A model generated the notes under the pieces. The model was not told the origin of the DNA and did no database searches. It saw only the letters and a list, made by a program, of their open reading frames with translations. Below, piece after piece: positions 60,641 through 64,000 of a stretch of 64,000 nt of DNA (positions are counted from its first letter, which is position 1; each line of letters starts with the position of its first letter). The DNA is from Blastocatellia bacterium (GTDB lineage Bacteria; Acidobacteriota; Blastocatellia; UBA7656). The stretch lies in the NCBI GenBank assembly GCA_963765495.1, contig CAVXWP010000009.1, forward strand, positions 32,001-96,000, given 5' to 3'. Both the position numbers and the translations under genes were made by a program.

Positions 60641-61525
60641 ATGGCAGTTTATGAACACACCTATAAACCCTACGCGGGGAGCCTGACGCCGGAATGGTCT
60701 CGCTTTTTGATTATCCCGCGTCATGCCTACAGAGACATTTTTCAATCGAAGCTCTTTACGGGTTTTTTCGCCATCAGCTTTGTGCCCGCGCTCGTCATGG
60801 CGATTCTGATCTATTTGCACCACAACATCAACGCGCTCGATATCCTCGATTTGAACGTGTCGAATCTGCTTCCGATTGATTCAAATTTCTTTCGAGGTTT
60901 TGTGATGATCCAAAGCACGTTCGCCTTTCTGCTGACCGTGCTGATCGGCCCGGTTCTGATCTCGCGCGACCTTACCAATAACGCATTACCGCTCTATTTG
61001 TGCCGCCCCTTCTCGCGCGCCGAATATATCATAGGCAAGATGAGCGTGCTTGTAATTCTGATGTCGGCGATGACGTGGATACCGGGGTTGCTGCTCTTTC
61101 TTTTTCAATCTTATCTGGAAGGCGGCGGGTGGTTCATACATAACCTCTACATCGCAAACGCGATCTTTATGGTTAGCTGGGTCTGGATCATATTACTCTC
61201 GCTTTTGTCTGTGACCTTATCGGCGTGGGTCAAGTGGAGGATCGCGGCAAGCGCAGGCATCTTTGCCCTGTTTATGATTTCGAACGCGATCGGCATCTTC
61301 ATAAACGAGCTATTTAACACGGCGATGGGAAATCTCATCAATTTGAGCGCGATAATGCAGTCGATCACCGACGGGCTTTTTGTCTACACACGGAATTTTG
61401 AATATGATTATGCGGGTTACATGCCGCCTCCGGCGTGGAGCGCGTGGATTGCGCTGGGCTGTTTTTGCGCGGTATGTCTCGCGCTGCTCTCTCGGAAGGT
61501 GCGGGCTTACGAGGTGATCAAGTGA
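60641..61525 (+). CDS. ABC-2 type permease
   Basis: Six TM segments, ISRD...[16 protein letters not shown]. Confidence 0.85.
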   Translation: MAVYEHTYKPYAGSLTPEWSRFLIIPRHAYRDIFQSKLFTGFFAISFVPALVMAILIYLHHNINALDILDLNVSNLLPIDSNFFRGFVMIQSTFAFLLTVLIGPVLISRDLTNNALPLYLCRPFSRAEYIIGKMSVLVILMSAMTWIPGLLLFLFQSYLEGGGWFIHNLYIANAIFMVSWVWIILLSLLSVTLSAWVKWRIAASAGIFALFMISNAIGIFINELFNTAMGNLINLSAIMQSITDGLFVYTRNFEYDYAGYMPPPAWSAWIALGCFCAVCLALLSRKVRAYEVIK

Positions 61526-62478
61526 TGAGCAACTCTGCTGAACATATGATCGTGTTTGAGGATGTCTCGAAGTTTTACGGAGAGATACTCGGGGTCAATC
61601 GAGTCAACCTCTCGATAGCGCCGGGAATCACGAGCCTGGTCGGGCCAAACGGTTCGGGCAAGACTACGTTGATGAACCTGATGACGGGGTTGATAAGACC
61701 CACGCGAGGGCGGGTCAGCATACTGGGCATCAGCCCCAATCAACCCGAAGAACTCTTTCGCAAGCTCGGTTACTGCTCACAATTCGATTCGTTCCCGAAG
61801 GGTCTGACGGGGTTTGAGTTTATCAGGTCGATGCTCGCGGTTCACGGCTACGCAAAAAAAGAGGCCGAAGAATTATCATTCAAGGCGCTCGACCGCGTGG
61901 GCCTTGTCGAAGCCGCTCATCGCAAGATAGCCGGATACAGCAAAGGCATGCGGCAACGAATCCGCCTGGGGCAATCAATCGCTCATAATCCATCGGTGAT
62001 GATACTGGATGAGCCGATGAACGGGCTTGACCCTATCGCCCGCGCTGAAACCATAAGGCTCTTTCGGCAGCTTGCAAAAGAAGGGTTGCATCTGATCGTT
62101 TCTAGCCACATCCTGCACGAAGTCGACACGATGAGCGATTGCGTGATCCTGCTAAACAACGGCTATGTAGTGGCCGAAGGCGACATACACGGCGTGCGCG
62201 ACGAGATGGAAGAACATCCCATGCAAATCCTTATTCGATGCGACCGCCCGCAGGCCCTCGCGGCGAAAGTATTCGAGCAGGATTCGGTAGTAGAGGCAAA
62301 GCTGCACAAGGACCATCGAGGGCTGTTTATCAAGACGCGCGACGCGGATGGGTTTTATCTGTTATTGAACAGAATAGTGCTTGACAGTGAGATCAATGTG
62401 GAGTCAATTGCGCCGGTTGACGATGATCTGAACGCGGTTTATCAATACCTGATCGGCTCGGGGGGAGAAAATTCATGA
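61525..62478 (+). CDS. ABC transporter ATP-binding protein
   Basis: [25 protein letters not shown]. Confidence 0.93.
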   Translation: MSNSAEHMIVFEDVSKFYGEILGVNRVNLSIAPGITSLVGPNGSGKTTLMNLMTGLIRPTRGRVSILGISPNQPEELFRKLGYCSQFDSFPKGLTGFEFIRSMLAVHGYAKKEAEELSFKALDRVGLVEAAHRKIAGYSKGMRQRIRLGQSIAHNPSVMILDEPMNGLDPIARAETIRLFRQLAKEGLHLIVSSHILHEVDTMSDCVILLNNGYVVAEGDIHGVRDEMEEHPMQILIRCDRPQALAAKVFEQDSVVEAKLHKDHRGLFIKTRDADGFYLLLNRIVLDSEINVESIAPVDDDLNAVYQYLIGSGGENS

Positions 62479-63335
62479 GCGCTACAATCGAAGTTGAACC
62501 GCTGGCGGCGTCCGACAATCGCCCGTGGGGTTTGTGGTTTCGTCAAATCAACGCCGTCGTCAGACTCGAAGTCAAGAAGAATTTCTGGGGTCGCCGGGCG
62601 TTTCTCATGTACCTGCTCGCGCTTGCGCCGGTCCTTATGCTGGCGGCGGTGACGCTGTCGGAATCCTCAAGCATAAGCCGCCATTTCGGGCAGGCGCTGA
62701 TCATCTTTGCAAACATCTATGAAGGGCTGATCCTGAGAACCGTGGTCTTTTTCGGCTGCGCGTGGATATTCATGAATCTGTTTCGCGGAGAGGTCATCGA
62801 TAAGAGCCTGCACTATTACTTTCTGTCGCCAATCCGGCGCGAGGTGCTCGTAGCAGGCAAATACATTTCGGGGCTCGTGACTGCTATAACCCTTTTTACG
62901 ATCACAACCGCAGGGTCGCTCTTCTTCTTCTATCTGGCCGTAGGCTACCCGACCAACGTTCGTCACCTCTTCGACGGCCCCGGGCTCGGGCAGGCGCTGA
63001 CATACATTGGAATCACGCTGCTCGGCTGCATAGGTTACGGCGCGGTCTTTCTGGTGATAGGGCTCTTTTTTAGAAATCCGATAATACCGGCGCTCGTCAT
63101 ATACGGATGGGAGTTTATAAACTTCCTGCTTCCGCCCGTGCTCAAGAAGATAAGCATCATACACTATCTTCATTCGCTGGCCCCGGTCCCCATTCCCGAA
63201 GGGCCTTACGCGCTGGTCGCCGAACCTACGCCCGCGTGGCTCTCTATTCCCGGTCTGTTGATAGTGACCGCACTCGTGCTTCTGTTTGCGAGCGTGCAGA
63301 TTCGCAGGACGGAAATCCGTTACGGCGGCGAATAA
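62475..63335 (+). CDS. ABC-2 type permease
   Basis: Six TM segments, [23 protein letters not shown]. Confidence 0.85.
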   Translation: MSATIEVEPLAASDNRPWGLWFRQINAVVRLEVKKNFWGRRAFLMYLLALAPVLMLAAVTLSESSSISRHFGQALIIFANIYEGLILRTVVFFGCAWIFMNLFRGEVIDKSLHYYFLSPIRREVLVAGKYISGLVTAITLFTITTAGSLFFFYLAVGYPTNVRHLFDGPGLGQALTYIGITLLGCIGYGAVFLVIGLFFRNPIIPALVIYGWEFINFLLPPVLKKISIIHYLHSLAPVPIPEGPYALVAEPTPAWLSIPGLLIVTALVLLFASVQIRRTEIRYGGE

Positions 63336-63748
63336 CTGAATCTTGCCGCCCGATACTGTCAATATAAAATTGAATGTAGGCCAGGAGGGAATAGACTGCG
63401 GGTTCGGCAGATCGACGTGGATTAAATCATGTAAGGTCAGACCCGCGTAAATCCGCCCGATCCGCGTCCGTCCCGGTCTATTTCTCGTTACCTTATTTAG
63501 GCACTCCGTAAATTCATACTCGCTCCTTACCCAGCCCGTCTCTCAAATCAATATCTTTTTATCTGCCTCCCTGAAATCGGGGCTTTTCATAATTATTTCA
63601 GATTTTTTTCAGGATTCACCATCGGTTATCGGCTAAATTCCCAACGACTCAAAATATTGGCTGGATCAAAAAATGACTCTTCCAACTGATACGCAAAAGA
63701 AGAATCGAAATCATAGCCTACGAGCGAGAGCGGATTGTCAGACACGCG

Positions 63749-63937
63749 ATGATGCTCTGCCCCGTTTGCCGGACTCACACTGAATTGCTCACTGTTCGGC
63801 AGGCTGCCACGCTGGCTCAGGTGAAATCGCAGAGTATTTATCGCTGGCTGTCCGAGGGAAAGACGCACGGGGTAAAGACGCCGGGCGGTCAACATCGCAT
63901 CTGCCGCTATTCGCTCTTTCTTTCCTTACAAGCCTGA
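63749..63937 (+). CDS. Small excisionase-like helix-turn-helix protein with Cys motif
   Basis: CPVC, LLTVRQAA...SIYRWL..GK...TPGGQHRIC. Confidence 0.7.
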   Translation: MMLCPVCRTHTELLTVRQAATLAQVKSQSIYRWLSEGKTHGVKTPGGQHRICRYSLFLSLQA

Positions 63938-63961
63938 TCGGGGGATTGCCGTATGAAATCG

Positions 63962-63997
63962 AGAGCAGGAATCAGAGCAGGAATCAGAGCAGGAATC
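63962..63997 (+). repeat. 12-bp tandem repeat AGAGCAGGAATC x3 at the start of an ORF cut by the window edge
   Basis: ATG at 63953 gives MKSRAGIRAGIRAGIR. Confidence 0.8.
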
Positions 63998-64000
63998 AGG

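Noticed and set aside
18200-64000. Many long antisense or overlapping ORFs; tRNA/rRNA genes
   Set aside because: The ORFs are shadows of GC-rich genes without motifs; no tRNA or rRNA signature recognised by eye.

Overview
The window has two parts. Bases ~1-18,100 are an AT-richer, heavily scrambled accessory island: a cluster of integron attC sites with no integrase in view. Its cassettes carry HicBA, DUF433/DUF5615, Uma2, a YD-repeat protein and ORF-poor DNA. It is riddled with IS3, IS4, IS5, ISAs1, ISNCY and IS110 elements, a truncated group II intron, a 497-nt poly-A run and an IS3 copy almost stripped of C on the + strand. Bases ~18,200-64,000 are intact GC-rich chromosome: tdk, asd-lysC-dapB-dapA-dapD, peptidases/hydrolases, an Oar-like TonB receptor, an ADOP permease, a LytS/LytTR pair, and an ECF sigma/anti-sigma pair followed by an ABC operon. 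Gene content suggests Acidobacteriota (inference). Many intergenic spaces hold palindromes built from 7-nt or 9-nt repeats. The most interesting structure is a layered IS110 bridge-RNA system. A transposase-encoding IS110 sits at the AG of the attC core GTT-AG-GC, and its non-coding end carries 8-nt motifs identical to the attC flank and to its own right end. Three transposase-less ~309-bp elements keep the same RNA scaffold, but their target motif matches the right end of that IS110, and they stack in tandem behind such ends. Frameshifts in homopolymers and the poly-A suggest an imperfectly polished long-read assembly, so pseudogene calls in the left part are tentative.
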